Of a DNA stretch of 64,000 nucleotides, positions 1 to 9,973 are shown piece by piece (within the stretch, counting starts at the first letter, position 1; every line of letters begins with the position of its first letter). The translations under genes and the position numbers were made by a program. Location of the stretch: the NCBI GenBank assembly GCA_040218735.1, contig JAVJQW010000048.1, positions 99,441-163,440 on the forward strand. The letters run 5' to 3'. The notes beneath the pieces are model-generated. The model was not told where the DNA came from and did not search any database. It worked only from the letters and a program-made list of their open reading frames with translations. This DNA comes from Deltaproteobacteria bacterium (GTDB lineage: Bacteria > Myxococcota > Kuafuiibacteriia > Kuafuiibacteriales > Kuafuiibacteriaceae).

Positions 1-639
1 GAGGGTCACGCCGCCGCGCGCTCCGGCCGTCGCCGACCACCGCTCGTGCTTCCACACCGGACAGCCCACCGCGCCCCACACGGCGTGCTCCCGTAGCGCG
101 ATCGACGTGAGGTCGTCCTCCAGCGTCCGCGGCAATCCGAACGTGCCGCCCACCTCCAGCAGCCACCGTTCGATCCGCACCCCGGCGCGGACCGCCGCCG
201 CGAGCGCCGGATCGGCGAGCCCGGTGCCCTGCGCCTCGAACGCGGCCGAGATCCGCGTCTCCCACTCCGTCTCGGAGGGCGGCGGCGGCGGGGTCTCCGC
301 CCACGCGGGCTCGAGACCCATCAGGATCGCCTTCACCACGGAGCGCACCGCGACCGCCGCGGCTTCGCGCGTCGCGGAGACACTCGCGAGCGCGTCGATC
401 CTCCGCGCGCGCGGCGCACGCTCGGGGGCTTCGAACACGATCCGATACCCGTCGGTCGGCCGGCCCTCGACGACGATCGTCGGCGCCGTCGGCGAAGGAC
501 ACACCTCGGGCCACGCGACATCGGCGTCGAGGTCCGCGAGCTGCCCACGGATCCGCGCCGCGACGCCGGGATCCTCCGGCGGACAAACGACGACGTCGGG
601 CGATGCACCGACGACGAGGAGCGGGACCACCCACAGCAC
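1..639 (-). CDS. Hypothetical exported protein, 3' end beyond the window edge
   Basis: Not in the ORF track because it has no stop in the window. Manual translation from GTG 639 (MLWVVPLLVVGASPDVVVCPPEDPGVAARIRGQLADLD...) is open to base 1. Hydrophobic N-terminus, Pro-rich linker, then alternating beta-strand-like segments. TACCAT lies 8 nt upstream. Confidence 0.65.
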   Translation of the reverse strand, partial: MLWVVPLLVVGASPDVVVCPPEDPGVAARIRGQLADLDADVAWPEVCPSPTAPTIVVEGRPTDGYRIVFEAPERAPRARRIDALASVSATREAAAVAVRSVVKAILMGLEPAWAETPPPPPSETEWETRISAAFEAQGTGLADPALAAAVRAGVRIERWLLEVGGTFGLPRTLEDDLTSIALREHAVWGAVGCPVWKHERWSATAGARGGVTL

Positions 640-664
640 GCGCGCAGATGGTACTTCACACGGT

Positions 665-2179
665 GTGACGCGGGCGTCGACTCCACGGCTGGTCGTCGTA
701 GGCGCCGGCAGCGCGGGGGCGTCGATCGCCGCGTTGGGATCCGCGTCGCAACCCGTCCTGCTCCTCGAGGCGGGCCCGGACTATGCCCCCGAAGCCGCGC
801 TCCCCGACGAGCTCGAACGCGGCGGACGGAACGCGCTCGTCCACCACGACTGGGGCTATCGCCACCGCCGATCGCCGAAGCGAACGATGCAGCGCATGCC
901 CCGCGGCCGCGTCGTCGGCGGGTCGTCCGCGGTCAACACGTGCATCGCGCTGCGCGGTGCCCCCTACGACTACGACGAGTGGGGCCTCGCCGACTGGACC
1001 TACGAATCTTGCCTCCCCGCCTTCCGCGCGCTCGAACGCGACGTCGACTTCGGCGACGCGCCGCTGCACGGCGCCGACGGCCCGATCCCGATCCGCCGAC
1101 ACCCGACCGAGGAGCTCGTCCCCTGGCAGTTGGGCTTCCTCGACGCATGCGCACAGCACGACGTGCCCCGCGCCGACGACGCCAACGATCCCTCCCAGAC
1201 CGGCGCAGGCCCCACGCCGATGAACAAGATCGAAGGCCGCCGCGTCAGCGCCGCCGCCGGCTACCTCACCGCCGAGGTGCGCGCGCGTGACAACTTCACG
1301 CTCCGCGCCGACACCCACGTGCGGCGCGTCGTCTTCGAGCGTCGTCGCGTGGTGGGGATCGAAGTCGAGAGCCACGGCGCGGTCGAGACCATCGCGGCGG
1401 ATCGGGTGTTCCTCTGCGCGGGCGCGCTCGCGACGCCGGGCATCCTCCTGCGCTCCGGCGTCGGTCCCAAACAAGAGCTCGCGCGCCTCGGCGTGGAGCT
1501 CGTCGCGGACGTCCCCGGCGTCGGTGCGCAGCTGCTCGATCACCCCGGCACCGCGATCTTCTTCCGCCCGCGCCCCGGCGGGCTCGTCCGCGGCGCGCCG
1601 CTCATCCAGACGTTGATGCGTTACGCCACCGAACGCACCAACGACATGCAGCTGCAGCCGGGCTCGGTCGTCCCGCTCCCGCGGTTCGATCTCCCGCTGA
1701 TGTCGTTGATGTGCTCCGTCGGGAAGCCGCGCAGCCGCGGCACGATTCACTTCCCGTCCGCCGACCCGCACCAAAAGCCGGTCGTCGAGTCGAACCTCTT
1801 CGACGATCCCGCGGATCTCGCGCTCGCCGTCGACGGCATCCTCCGCTTGCGCGCGCTCTTCGCCGACTCGGATCTCGCGCGCCTCGGCCGGCACTTCCTC
1901 CCGCGCGAGAAGACGTTCGCGGATCGCGCCGCCGTCGCGCGCTGGATCCGCTTCGCGTGTGACTCCGGCTATCACCCCTCCGGCACCGCCCGCATGGGCC
2001 CCGACTCCGACCCGGGCGCCGTCACCGATCCCCGCGGTCGTGTGCGCGGCGTGAAGGGGCTGTTCGTCGCCGACGCGAGCCTGTTCCCGACCATCCCCTC
2101 CTGCAACATCAACATCCCCACGCTGATGCTCGGACACCGCTTCGGGGTGTGGCTCCGGGACGGCGCGTTCGAGGTCTGA
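665..2179 (+). CDS. GMC family FAD oxidoreductase (choline dehydrogenase-like)
   Basis: VVVGAGSAG dinucleotide-binding motif, LLLEAG, RGRVVGGSSAVN, C-terminal YHPSGTARMG and VADASLFP...N. Start trimmed from 107 to GTG 665, just before the Rossmann motif. Confidence 0.9.
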   Translation: MTRASTPRLVVVGAGSAGASIAALGSASQPVLLLEAGPDYAPEAALPDELERGGRNALVHHDWGYRHRRSPKRTMQRMPRGRVVGGSSAVNTCIALRGAPYDYDEWGLADWTYESCLPAFRALERDVDFGDAPLHGADGPIPIRRHPTEELVPWQLGFLDACAQHDVPRADDANDPSQTGAGPTPMNKIEGRRVSAAAGYLTAEVRARDNFTLRADTHVRRVVFERRRVVGIEVESHGAVETIAADRVFLCAGALATPGILLRSGVGPKQELARLGVELVADVPGVGAQLLDHPGTAIFFRPRPGGLVRGAPLIQTLMRYATERTNDMQLQPGSVVPLPRFDLPLMSLMCSVGKPRSRGTIHFPSADPHQKPVVESNLFDDPADLALAVDGILRLRALFADSDLARLGRHFLPREKTFADRAAVARWIRFACDSGYHPSGTARMGPDSDPGAVTDPRGRVRGVKGLFVADASLFPTIPSCNINIPTLMLGHRFGVWLRDGAFEV

Positions 2180-2243
2180 GACATCGATCCCTCATGTGAC
2201 CTCCACGCGAGCGATCGAGCCGCGCATCTCGAACCACACCCGG

Positions 2244-2259
2244 TGGCACGGCCCTGGCA
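2244..2259 (+). promoter_or_regulatory. Putative sigma54 (-24/-12) promoter
   Basis: TGGCACG-GCCC-TGGCA with exact GG-N10-GC spacing; predicted +1 falls close to the GTG at 2272. Confidence 0.55.
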
Positions 2260-2271
2260 GTCCAAGGCGCC

Positions 2272-5200
2272 GTGCGCCGACTCCTCCTCGTCGCGAGCCT
2301 GATCGCCGGACCGTCGTTCGGGTGCAGCCGTGACGTGGACTCCGTGGAGGTGGCGCGTGTGCTCGTCGAGGACGCGGCGGCCCTAGTGTGGGCGGCCGAG
2401 CGGGCCGGCTGTTTCGACGGCGCGCCGTCCGAAGTGACCGGCGCCGTCGGGAGCTTGGGCAGCGCCGTGGCGCGCGCCGAAGGGTGCGCCGTCGAGCTCG
2501 CGACCGACTTCGATCCGTGTGGGCCCGTGCAGCGCGCGATGGGCGGCACGGTCGTCGTCTCCGGCACCCGCCGCACCCTCGGCACCGTCACCGGCGACGC
2601 CGTGCGCGCCGTCGTCCCGGACGGTCCCGACGCCACGTCCTACGCGATCGAGGCGACGCTGGAGGGCTTCGTCGGCGAGCGCCGCGGGGAGCCCGTCGCG
2701 GTGATGAACGTGAGCGGTCGCCTCGCGATCGAAGCGCGCGTTCGCCACGCCGCCGGCTGGGCCGGTGGCTGCGCCGCGCCGACCCCGCACGTCGCGCTCG
2801 ACGCGGTCGGCCTCGATGTCCACGCGTCGATCGTCGACGGCGCCACCGAATCCGAAGGTCACCTCACCGGGACCCTCTCGGGCGCGCGCGGCAAGGTCGG
2901 CGTGCAGGAGAACCGCGTGGCCGGCACGATCGTCTTCGACGGTAGCTCGGAGACGATCGAAGCGCCGCTCCGCCTCGGTTACAACGCCGCCGCGTTCCTC
3001 GAATCGTTTGCGTGCTCGGCCGACGTCGCCCGCCCGGTCTCCTTCACCTGTGGACCCCCTTCCCCCGCGGCGGCCACGCGCCTCGTCGCGGCGTCCGCGG
3101 AGGCCATGGCGGTCGTCGCGCGGCTCGCGAAGTCGGCGCCGTGTGGATTCGACGCGGTCGCGCCGATCGTCCAGGCCGACGAGCCGGGTCGCTCGCGCTC
3201 CACGAAGCAGATCGTCGACTGCCGGATCGACCTCGGCGAAGGCGTGGAGGTCGGCGTCGCGTGTGAAGGTGCGCCGACGATCGCGTCCGGCGCGGTGCGC
3301 GTGACGGGCATGATGACGTCGCAGGGTCACATCGCGGCCGGCGGCGCGGAGGTCGTGCCCTCCACGGACGACGCGCTGACGTTCGACTTCACCGAGGTCG
3401 TCTTCGACGGCTTCGCGGTGAGCCAGGGCGGCGCGCGTACGATACTGAATGGAACGGCGACGGGCGCGGTGCAGCCGCGGCTCGCACGGTCGAAGTCCTC
3501 CGGGCTCTGCACTGTGCTGACGCCGATGACCCGCGTCGAGCACGCGCTCGAAGACACGGTCGTGCTCGTCGACGCGCCGGACATCCACGCGACGGGGACC
3601 ATCGAGCGCGCGTTCACCGGCGCGACGCTCGGACCGTGGACGCCGGATCCCAACACGATCGAGGGACAGGTCACGGTGGCCGGCGAGACCCACGAAGTGC
3701 TCGCGCCGATCACATCCGCGTTCGACGCCGAGGTGTTCGAGCAGACGTGGCGGTGCGGCGACGCATCGACCGCGCAGCCGCACGTCTGCGACGTCGCGAC
3801 GGCGATGGCGGAAGACATCGGCCGCGGCGGCTCGGCGCTGCTCGCGACGATCGGGACGTTGATCGAAGACGACGCGCAGTGCGGCTTCTCCACCCCCTCG
3901 GTGATCACAAACGTGCAGACGACCGGAGCGGTCGGCTCACCGACGGGGCAGGGCGTGTTCACGATCTCCGCCTGCACGCTCGAGTTGTCGCAGCCCACCG
4001 TCGTCGGCACTGACTGCTTCGGAAACGAGACGTGGGTGCAGGGCCGCGTGTCGGTGAGCGGGACGAAGACGGTCGACGGTTGGATCACCGGCGACGCCTC
4101 CGAGCCGGTGCTCCCCGCCTCCCGCGACGGCGTTCGCTACGACCTCGTCCTCGACGCCGACGGCTTGACCGTGCACGCCGACACGGGCGCGTTGGAGGGG
4201 CAGCAGATCGAGCTCGTCCGCGGGACGGCCTCCGGGGTGTTCGCGCCGCGCGTGGCGATCGACGAAGACGTTGGCGCGTGCACGATCCTCACCCCCGAAG
4301 CGCAGGTGTCCGACCTCGACCTCGCGGCGACCGTGCGCACCACGCGTGAGGGCCGCACGTTGGAGGCAAATGTCGACGCCGCCGCCATCCACGCCACCGT
4401 CGGACGCTTCGGTCCGGAGGACGAGAACCGCACCTTCGGGAGCGTCACCGTCGACGGGCAGGTCGTCGCCTTCGAGGCGCCGCTCGACCTCGGCTACGAC
4501 GCACGCCGCTTCGTCGCCGGCTTCTCCTGCCGCGAGGGGATGTACATCCCGTTCGACGACCGCGACTGCGACATGCGTCAGGTCCTCGCCGAAGTCGGCG
4601 CGCGGTTGCTCGTCCAGACGATCGGCACCGTCACGGAGATCGCGAACGGCGACGACTTCGACTGCGCGTTCGGCGGCGACGACGTCTACGACGACCCGTC
4701 GAACGTCCAGGGCGCCCACGGCCAACCCGGGTTCCTGGAGTGGCGGATCGCCGGCTGCCGACTACGGTACAACGACGGCAACCTCCGCGAGTACGACCGC
4801 GACTGCCGCGACCACGCGAAGATGATCCAGGGTGCCGCGGTCGTCGACGGGCGGCGCGAGATTCACGGCATCCGCGACGAGATCGACGTGACGTTCGGCT
4901 CGGACGTGCAATACGTCCACCCCACCACCCCGAACGCCACGACCGTCGAGTACACCGCGGTGCGCTTCACCGAGTTCTCGACGTATCAGCTCGCGCCGGG
5001 CGTGACCGAGCCCGAGCATCGGATCTGGATTCACTCCGGTGCGCTCGCGGGCACGGTCGAGCCGATGACGGGGCCCGACGACGGCTCGGACGACTACTTC
5101 GACCGCGGGGACTACGACATCCCCACGCCCATCGCCCGGATCACGGGCCTCGCCGCGAGCGCGATCGACGCGACGATCCTCTACGAAGGCAAGCGCTTCG

Positions 5201-5412
5201 ACGTCACGATCGACGCCTCCGCGATCGACGCGTTCAGCGGCTCGTGGGAGGGCGCCCCCGGCGAGACGAACCGGCTGGCGGGCACCGTGACGATCGACGG
5301 GCGCACGATCGAGCTGAGCACGGAAGACCTCGACCCGGACTTCGACCAGGGACAGCTCGACGCGAGCTACGTGTGCACCGAGCGACTCTTACAGACGCTG
5401 CCCCCCGAGTGA
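2272..5412 (+). CDS. Large Cys-containing lipoprotein with four tandem ~250-aa repeats, function unknown
   Basis: Signal peptide with lipobox-like SFGC. Repeated CGF...C...DC...GRV.VSG...PV.P...PR.A...C...TP...N...G.VT.DG...F.C pattern. Paralog of 14840-17245. Confidence 0.8.
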   Translation: MRRLLLVASLIAGPSFGCSRDVDSVEVARVLVEDAAALVWAAERAGCFDGAPSEVTGAVGSLGSAVARAEGCAVELATDFDPCGPVQRAMGGTVVVSGTRRTLGTVTGDAVRAVVPDGPDATSYAIEATLEGFVGERRGEPVAVMNVSGRLAIEARVRHAAGWAGGCAAPTPHVALDAVGLDVHASIVDGATESEGHLTGTLSGARGKVGVQENRVAGTIVFDGSSETIEAPLRLGYNAAAFLESFACSADVARPVSFTCGPPSPAAATRLVAASAEAMAVVARLAKSAPCGFDAVAPIVQADEPGRSRSTKQIVDCRIDLGEGVEVGVACEGAPTIASGAVRVTGMMTSQGHIAAGGAEVVPSTDDALTFDFTEVVFDGFAVSQGGARTILNGTATGAVQPRLARSKSSGLCTVLTPMTRVEHALEDTVVLVDAPDIHATGTIERAFTGATLGPWTPDPNTIEGQVTVAGETHEVLAPITSAFDAEVFEQTWRCGDASTAQPHVCDVATAMAEDIGRGGSALLATIGTLIEDDAQCGFSTPSVITNVQTTGAVGSPTGQGVFTISACTLELSQPTVVGTDCFGNETWVQGRVSVSGTKTVDGWITGDASEPVLPASRDGVRYDLVLDADGLTVHADTGALEGQQIELVRGTASGVFAPRVAIDEDVGACTILTPEAQVSDLDLAATVRTTREGRTLEANVDAAAIHATVGRFGPEDENRTFGSVTVDGQVVAFEAPLDLGYDARRFVAGFSCREGMYIPFDDRDCDMRQVLAEVGARLLVQTIGTVTEIANGDDFDCAFGGDDVYDDPSNVQGAHGQPGFLEWRIAGCRLRYNDGNLREYDRDCRDHAKMIQGAAVVDGRREIHGIRDEIDVTFGSDVQYVHPTTPNATTVEYTAVRFTEFSTYQLAPGVTEPEHRIWIHSGALAGTVEPMTGPDDGSDDYFDRGDYDIPTPIARITGLAASAIDATILYEGKRFDVTIDASAIDAFSGSWEGAPGETNRLAGTVTIDGRTIELSTEDLDPDFDQGQLDASYVCTERLLQTLPPE

Positions 5413-8012
5413 TCGGTGCGCCCGCGTCCCAGCCATCGCTCCAGCGCGTCCCGCAGCGCGCTCTTCGTGATCGGTTTGGCGAGGTGCTCGTCCATGCCGG
5501 CGTCGAGGCACGCGCGGCGATCCTCCGTCGATGCGTTGGCGGTGAGCGCGACGATCGGCGTGCGGTCCTCACCTTCCAGCGCGCGGAGGATCTGGGTCGC
5601 TTCGTAGCCGTCCATCACCGGCATCTGGCAGTCCATCAACACCAGGTCGAAGCGCTCGCGGCGGAAGCGAACCACCGCGTCGCGCCCGTCCGAAGCCAGC
5701 ACGACCTCCACCCCGAAGGACTCCAACATCTTCTGCAGCACCCGCTGGTTCACGCGGTTGTCGTCGACGGCCAACACCCGGCCCGTGAAGCTCTGCTTCT
5801 TCTCCGGAGCGTCGTGGGCTTTGCTGCCCTGCACGGCGATCGCCAGCACTTCTGCGATGCGCGCGCCACGGCTCGGACGCATCAACGTGCCGCACGCGCT
5901 CGTCACGGGAGAGCGCTGCCCCAGCGGTGTCCACAAGACCCACGGGAGATCGTACGCCTCGAGGTCGAACGCGTCCGCGAGGGCGACGTCCACCAGGACG
6001 ACGTCGATGGCCTCCGGTCCGCCGAGTAGGTCGCTCGTCTCTTCCAGGTCGTGCGCCACGTAGGCGCGTACGCCGAGCAACGCGAGCTGTCGAACGGCCG
6101 CGCCGCGGATCGCGTCGTGCGGGCTCAGCACCAGCACGCCGCGCACCGGAGGCCGTAGGGGGAGCGGAAGCGCTGGAGCGAGCGGGAGCGACACGGACAC
6201 TGTGAACGTCGTGCCTTGGGACGGTTGGCTCGCCACCGTCACGTCGCCGCCCATCATCTGCGCGAAGCGCCGGGCGATGGGGAGGCCGAGGCCGGTCCCT
6301 CCGAACTTGCGGGTCGTCGACGCGTCGCCTTGGGCGAAGGCGTCGAAGATCGACTCGAGGCGGCCGGGTGCGATCCCGATCCCGGTGTCCGCGATCTCGA
6401 TCTCGATGTCGGCGTGCCCATCACGCTCCTTTCCCCGCGCCACGATCCGCACCCATCCGTGCTCCGTGAACTTGACGGCGTTCCCCACGAGGTTGCCGAG
6501 GAGCTGACGCAGTCGACTCGCGTCACCGACGACCGAGCGCGGTGTCTTGGGGTCGACGTCGAGCACGATCTCGAAGTCGCGGTTCGAGCTCACGCCGCTG
6601 AATGTCTCGACGATCGACTCGAGCTCCGCGAGCAGATCGAACGGTGACGACTCCAGCTCCATCCGCCCCGCGTCGATCTTCGAGAAGTCCAGGATGTCGT
6701 TGAGGAGCGCCAGGAGCGCGCGCGCCGAACCGTGCGCGGCCTGCGCGTACTCCCGAAGCTCGCCTTCGTGAGCCTGTTCGAGGAGCAGCTCCGTCATGCC
6801 CAGCACCCCGTTCATCGGCGTGCGGATCTCGTGGCTCATGTTGGCGATGAACCGCGACTTGTGCGCCGACGCCTCCTCCGCTTCGACGCGCGCCTCCTCC
6901 AGCTGCTCCGTACGTTGCGCGACTTTCTCCTCGAGCTGATCGGTCTGGGCACGGAGGCGCCGGAGCATTCGGTTCAGCGCGTTCTCGAGATCGATCGCTT
7001 CCTTCGGTCGGTAACCTTCGACGTGCGGGATGAAGTCGTTGCCCGCTTCACCGTTGGCGCCGATCCGCTCGGCGGCGTCGGAGATCTGCGCGATGGGGCG
7101 CGCTGTCCACCGCGCGAGCAAGACGGAGAACAGCAACCCGAACGCGAGCACGACGCCGGCCAGGGCGACGGTCCGTTGGAGCGCCGCATCGGCCGCGATC
7201 GTCGCCACCGACGCGGGTTGAAGGACGAGGATGGTCCACTGCGTTTGCCCGACCGCGGCCGCTACCACCGCGCCGTTGGTTTCGACACCCTCGATCGTCG
7301 CGTGGCGCTCGCGTCCCTTCGTCTCCATCGTCGGCGTATAGATGGGGACGTTGGGGAGGATCTGAACGTCCTCACCGAAGGGCTTCGCGGTGTCGAGGAT
7401 GACGCGCCGGTCCGCGTCGAAGACGATCGCACGCCCCGACGGGACGTGTTGAAGGGCGCGCTCGGTTGCGCGGCGCAGCGGGCCGAGATCGAGGGACAGC
7501 GCGACGTAGCCCGCGAACTTCGCACCGCCCAGTGGCGCCGCGAGGTGAACGTTGCGGACCTTCGTGGTGTAACCCACCTGCGGTCGCGAGATCACGGCGC
7601 GACGGAGCTCTCGAACCTTCTTGAAGTAGTCGCGCTTCGAGTAGTCGGTGCCGGCGGAGCGCCCGGTGGCGTCGCTCGATGTGATCCCTCGCCCGTTTGC
7701 GTCACCCACCACGATGTGTTGCGCTTCGCTGAAGCGTTGCTGGTACTCGAGCAGCAGCTTTCGGGCGAAGCGGTCGTTGCGGAGGACGCGCTTCGTATCG
7801 AGCACCGCCGCGAGCCCCTCGATCGTACGCAGCTCGCGCTCCATCTCGGCCTCGATCTGATCCGCGAGGCTCTCGACCACGAGCTGCCGCTCGGAGGACG
7901 CGGTGCTCGACAGCACCGCCTCGAGCTCCTGCGTTTGGAACGCACCCAACACGAAGGTCGCGACGCCTGCGCTGGTCGCGGTGCAGACGAAGATGGTGGA
8001 CACGAGACGCAT
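5367..8012 (-). CDS. Hybrid sensor histidine kinase (Cache-HAMP-HisKA-HATPase-degenerate REC-REC)
   Basis: Two TM segments around a Cache-like region (DYSKRDYF), [38 protein letters not shown], and a C-terminal receiver [13 protein letters not shown]...KP. ATG 8012 chosen as start. Confidence 0.93.
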   Translation of the reverse strand: MRLVSTIFVCTATSAGVATFVLGAFQTQELEAVLSSTASSERQLVVESLADQIEAEMERELRTIEGLAAVLDTKRVLRNDRFARKLLLEYQQRFSEAQHIVVGDANGRGITSSDATGRSAGTDYSKRDYFKKVRELRRAVISRPQVGYTTKVRNVHLAAPLGGAKFAGYVALSLDLGPLRRATERALQHVPSGRAIVFDADRRVILDTAKPFGEDVQILPNVPIYTPTMETKGRERHATIEGVETNGAVVAAAVGQTQWTILVLQPASVATIAADAALQRTVALAGVVLAFGLLFSVLLARWTARPIAQISDAAERIGANGEAGNDFIPHVEGYRPKEAIDLENALNRMLRRLRAQTDQLEEKVAQRTEQLEEARVEAEEASAHKSRFIANMSHEIRTPMNGVLGMTELLLEQAHEGELREYAQAAHGSARALLALLNDILDFSKIDAGRMELESSPFDLLAELESIVETFSGVSSNRDFEIVLDVDPKTPRSVVGDASRLRQLLGNLVGNAVKFTEHGWVRIVARGKERDGHADIEIEIADTGIGIAPGRLESIFDAFAQGDASTTRKFGGTGLGLPIARRFAQMMGGDVTVASQPSQGTTFTVSVSLPLAPALPLPLRPPVRGVLVLSPHDAIRGAAVRQLALLGVRAYVAHDLEETSDLLGGPEAIDVVLVDVALADAFDLEAYDLPWVLWTPLGQRSPVTSACGTLMRPSRGARIAEVLAIAVQGSKAHDAPEKKQSFTGRVLAVDDNRVNQRVLQKMLESFGVEVVLASDGRDAVVRFRRERFDLVLMDCQMPVMDGYEATQILRALEGEDRTPIVALTANASTEDRRACLDAGMDEHLAKPITKSALRDALERWLGRGRTDHSGGSVCKSRSVHT

Positions 8013-8086
8013 GGAGGTCCCACTCGGTCTTCGGACCGGTGTCACCCGTACTGGAGGCCCAACGTCTCACGACGGCGCGCCCAAGC

Positions 8087-9973
8087 TCAGAAGTTGTAGC
8101 GCACCTCCGAATACACGCCGGACAGCTTGCGGAACGTCGTCATCTTCGTGCCGTCCTGAGCCACGCCGAGCTGGCCGCCGAGGGCAAACGTCCAGTCGTC
8201 GAACCAGCGCTCCGCGTACTCCACCCGCAGGAGGTGATCCGTCGGGTGGGTGATGTCCATGAGGTCGGAGATCTCGACGCGCGCATCCACGTCGTTGTTG
8301 AGCGCCCAGCGCAGCCCGTAGACCACGTGGTTCGAGAAGAAGCGCGAGGTGTCGTCCGGCGGGATGTCGTCGGTGAACAGCTCGCTGTCCGTGTCGCCGA
8401 ACAGCTCCGCGACCAGCGTGAGGTTCGTACCGAAGAGGTCGTCGATGTTGTGCTCGACGCCGGCGACCCACCCGATGCGGTGGCCGGGCAAGAGGATCGG
8501 CGCGGCCATCGCGCCGCTGTCGAGGCGGATCGGCGGACGGTCGGTCTGCGCCGTGCGCTGGTGCCAGATGGACGAGACCTCCACCTTCACCGCGGTCTGC
8601 CCGAACAGCACCTGCGTCTCGAGGCTCCCGTGGTGCACGAGCGGGAACACCAGGCTGTTGGTCGCCTGGTGTGCGATCGGCGTGCGGCGGTAGCCGTAGA
8701 AGTAACTCGCGCGCACGTCGACGCGGTGGAACGCGAGCGCGAGCCGCGCGGCGCCTTGCGGGTGCCACGCGCCGAGCTCGGATCCGTAGATGATGTTCCC
8801 GTACGAGGCCTCGTCGAGCACCGTTGCGTCGTAGGGAGAGAACGGCGACGACGGCGGCGCGAAGCGCGGCGCGACGAACGGCGTCATGTACAGGATCGTG
8901 AGCGAGTGGTTGTCGAGGAAGAACCGCGTCGACAGCATCGGCTGACCGATCTTCGGCGCGTCGGCGTAGCCCTCGGAGAAGTCGCGGGCGTTGATGATGT
9001 CGGCGATGTTGATCGTGGAGGCCGAGCCCCAGGTCAGCGCGTCGAACCCCACGCGCACTTCGTAGGCGTCGGTCGCGTACTCGACGAACCCTTCCTCGAC
9101 CATCGCGCGGTGGAGGCGCGGCTCGATCACGCTCATCTCGATGCGGGGGAGCAGGCGGAGGCGGAGGCCGTTGCCGGTCCGTCCGGTGAGCGTGGGGCGC
9201 AGCCCGACCTTCGCGAAGTTGCGGCTCTTCTCCGCTTCGAGGTCGCCGTGGAAGAAGCCGCGGTAGGTCGTGCTCGCGTAGCCGCGGAGCGTCCAGTCGA
9301 AGCCGAGCAGGTGCAGCGCGTCGGGCTCCGGCGCGGTGAGGTCTTCGACGGCGACCGAGACGCCGGGGTCCTCGCCGAAGAACGCTTCTTCGTCGTCGGA
9401 GGCGAACGTGGCGGGTTCGTCGTCGAAGAAGTCGGCTTCTTCGTCGGAGCTGAACGTCGCCTCGGGTTCCGGCGCGGTCGCGACCATTGGCGACGGTGCG
9501 AAGTCCGGCTGGGCGGCGGTCGCGAGGTGCGAAAGCACGCCGAAGCCGATGATCCGACCGCGCTCGCGTGCTTCGCGTCGCGGGTCGTCGTAGCGGGCGG
9601 AGGTGGTCTTGACCACGACGCCGTCGGCGCCGCGGATCAGGCGTGTCTTCGCGACCCACCCGCGTCGGCGTTTGTGGATCGAGACGTCGATGACGTACGC
9701 CGCGCCGAGGCGTCGCGCGGCGCGCCCCAGGTTATTGGCGCTCGAGCGCTTCTTCCTCGGGACCCGCAGCTTCCGCATCGTGCGCGCCACGCGCCGGTGC
9801 GGGAGCACCGCGACGTCGCCGTCACGGAGCGCGTCGCGGATCCCGCGCATCAGCGCTTTCGGATAGGCCCGACGCGGCGCGCGTTGTTTGGTGATCGCGA
9901 CTCGGAGCTCGGCCGCCTCCGCGGGGGCGGCGGCGACGAGCGCGAGCACCAAGACGGCGGCCGCCGAGCGCAT
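8087..9973 (-). CDS. Outer-membrane beta-barrel protein (DUF1302-like partner of MMPL/LolA-like clusters) with an extra N-terminal domain
   Basis: Signal peptide MRSAAAVLVLALVAAAPAEA, RVGFDALTWG...ADIINARD motif, C-terminal aromatic signature EVRYNF. ATG overlaps the MMPL stop codon (TGATG). Confidence 0.75.
   Translation of the reverse strand: MRSAAAVLVLALVAAAPAEAAELRVAITKQRAPRRAYPKALMRGIRDALRDGDVAVLPHRRVARTMRKLRVPRKKRSSANNLGRAARRLGAAYVIDVSIHKRRRGWVAKTRLIRGADGVVVKTTSARYDDPRREARERGRIIGFGVLSHLATAAQPDFAPSPMVATAPEPEATFSSDEEADFFDDEPATFASDDEEAFFGEDPGVSVAVEDLTAPEPDALHLLGFDWTLRGYASTTYRGFFHGDLEAEKSRNFAKVGLRPTLTGRTGNGLRLRLLPRIEMSVIEPRLHRAMVEEGFVEYATDAYEVRVGFDALTWGSASTINIADIINARDFSEGYADAPKIGQPMLSTRFFLDNHSLTILYMTPFVAPRFAPPSSPFSPYDATVLDEASYGNIIYGSELGAWHPQGAARLALAFHRVDVRASYFYGYRRTPIAHQATNSLVFPLVHHGSLETQVLFGQTAVKVEVSSIWHQRTAQTDRPPIRLDSGAMAAPILLPGHRIGWVAGVEHNIDDLFGTNLTLVAELFGDTDSELFTDDIPPDDTSRFFSNHVVYGLRWALNNDVDARVEISDLMDITHPTDHLLRVEYAERWFDDWTFALGGQLGVAQDGTKMTTFRKLSGVYSEVRYNF

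Noticed and set aside
107-664. N-terminal extension of the GMC ORF
   Set aside because: Ser/Arg-rich shadow of the minus-strand gene at 1-639; the Rossmann motif starts just after GTG 665.
5367-5412. 46-bp convergent overlap of the lipoprotein and histidine kinase 3' ends
   Set aside because: Short tail-to-tail overlaps are common in GC-rich genomes, and both proteins look complete.
5840-6140. Degenerate first receiver domain in the hybrid kinase
   Set aside because: A common feature of BarA/RcsC-type hybrid kinases.
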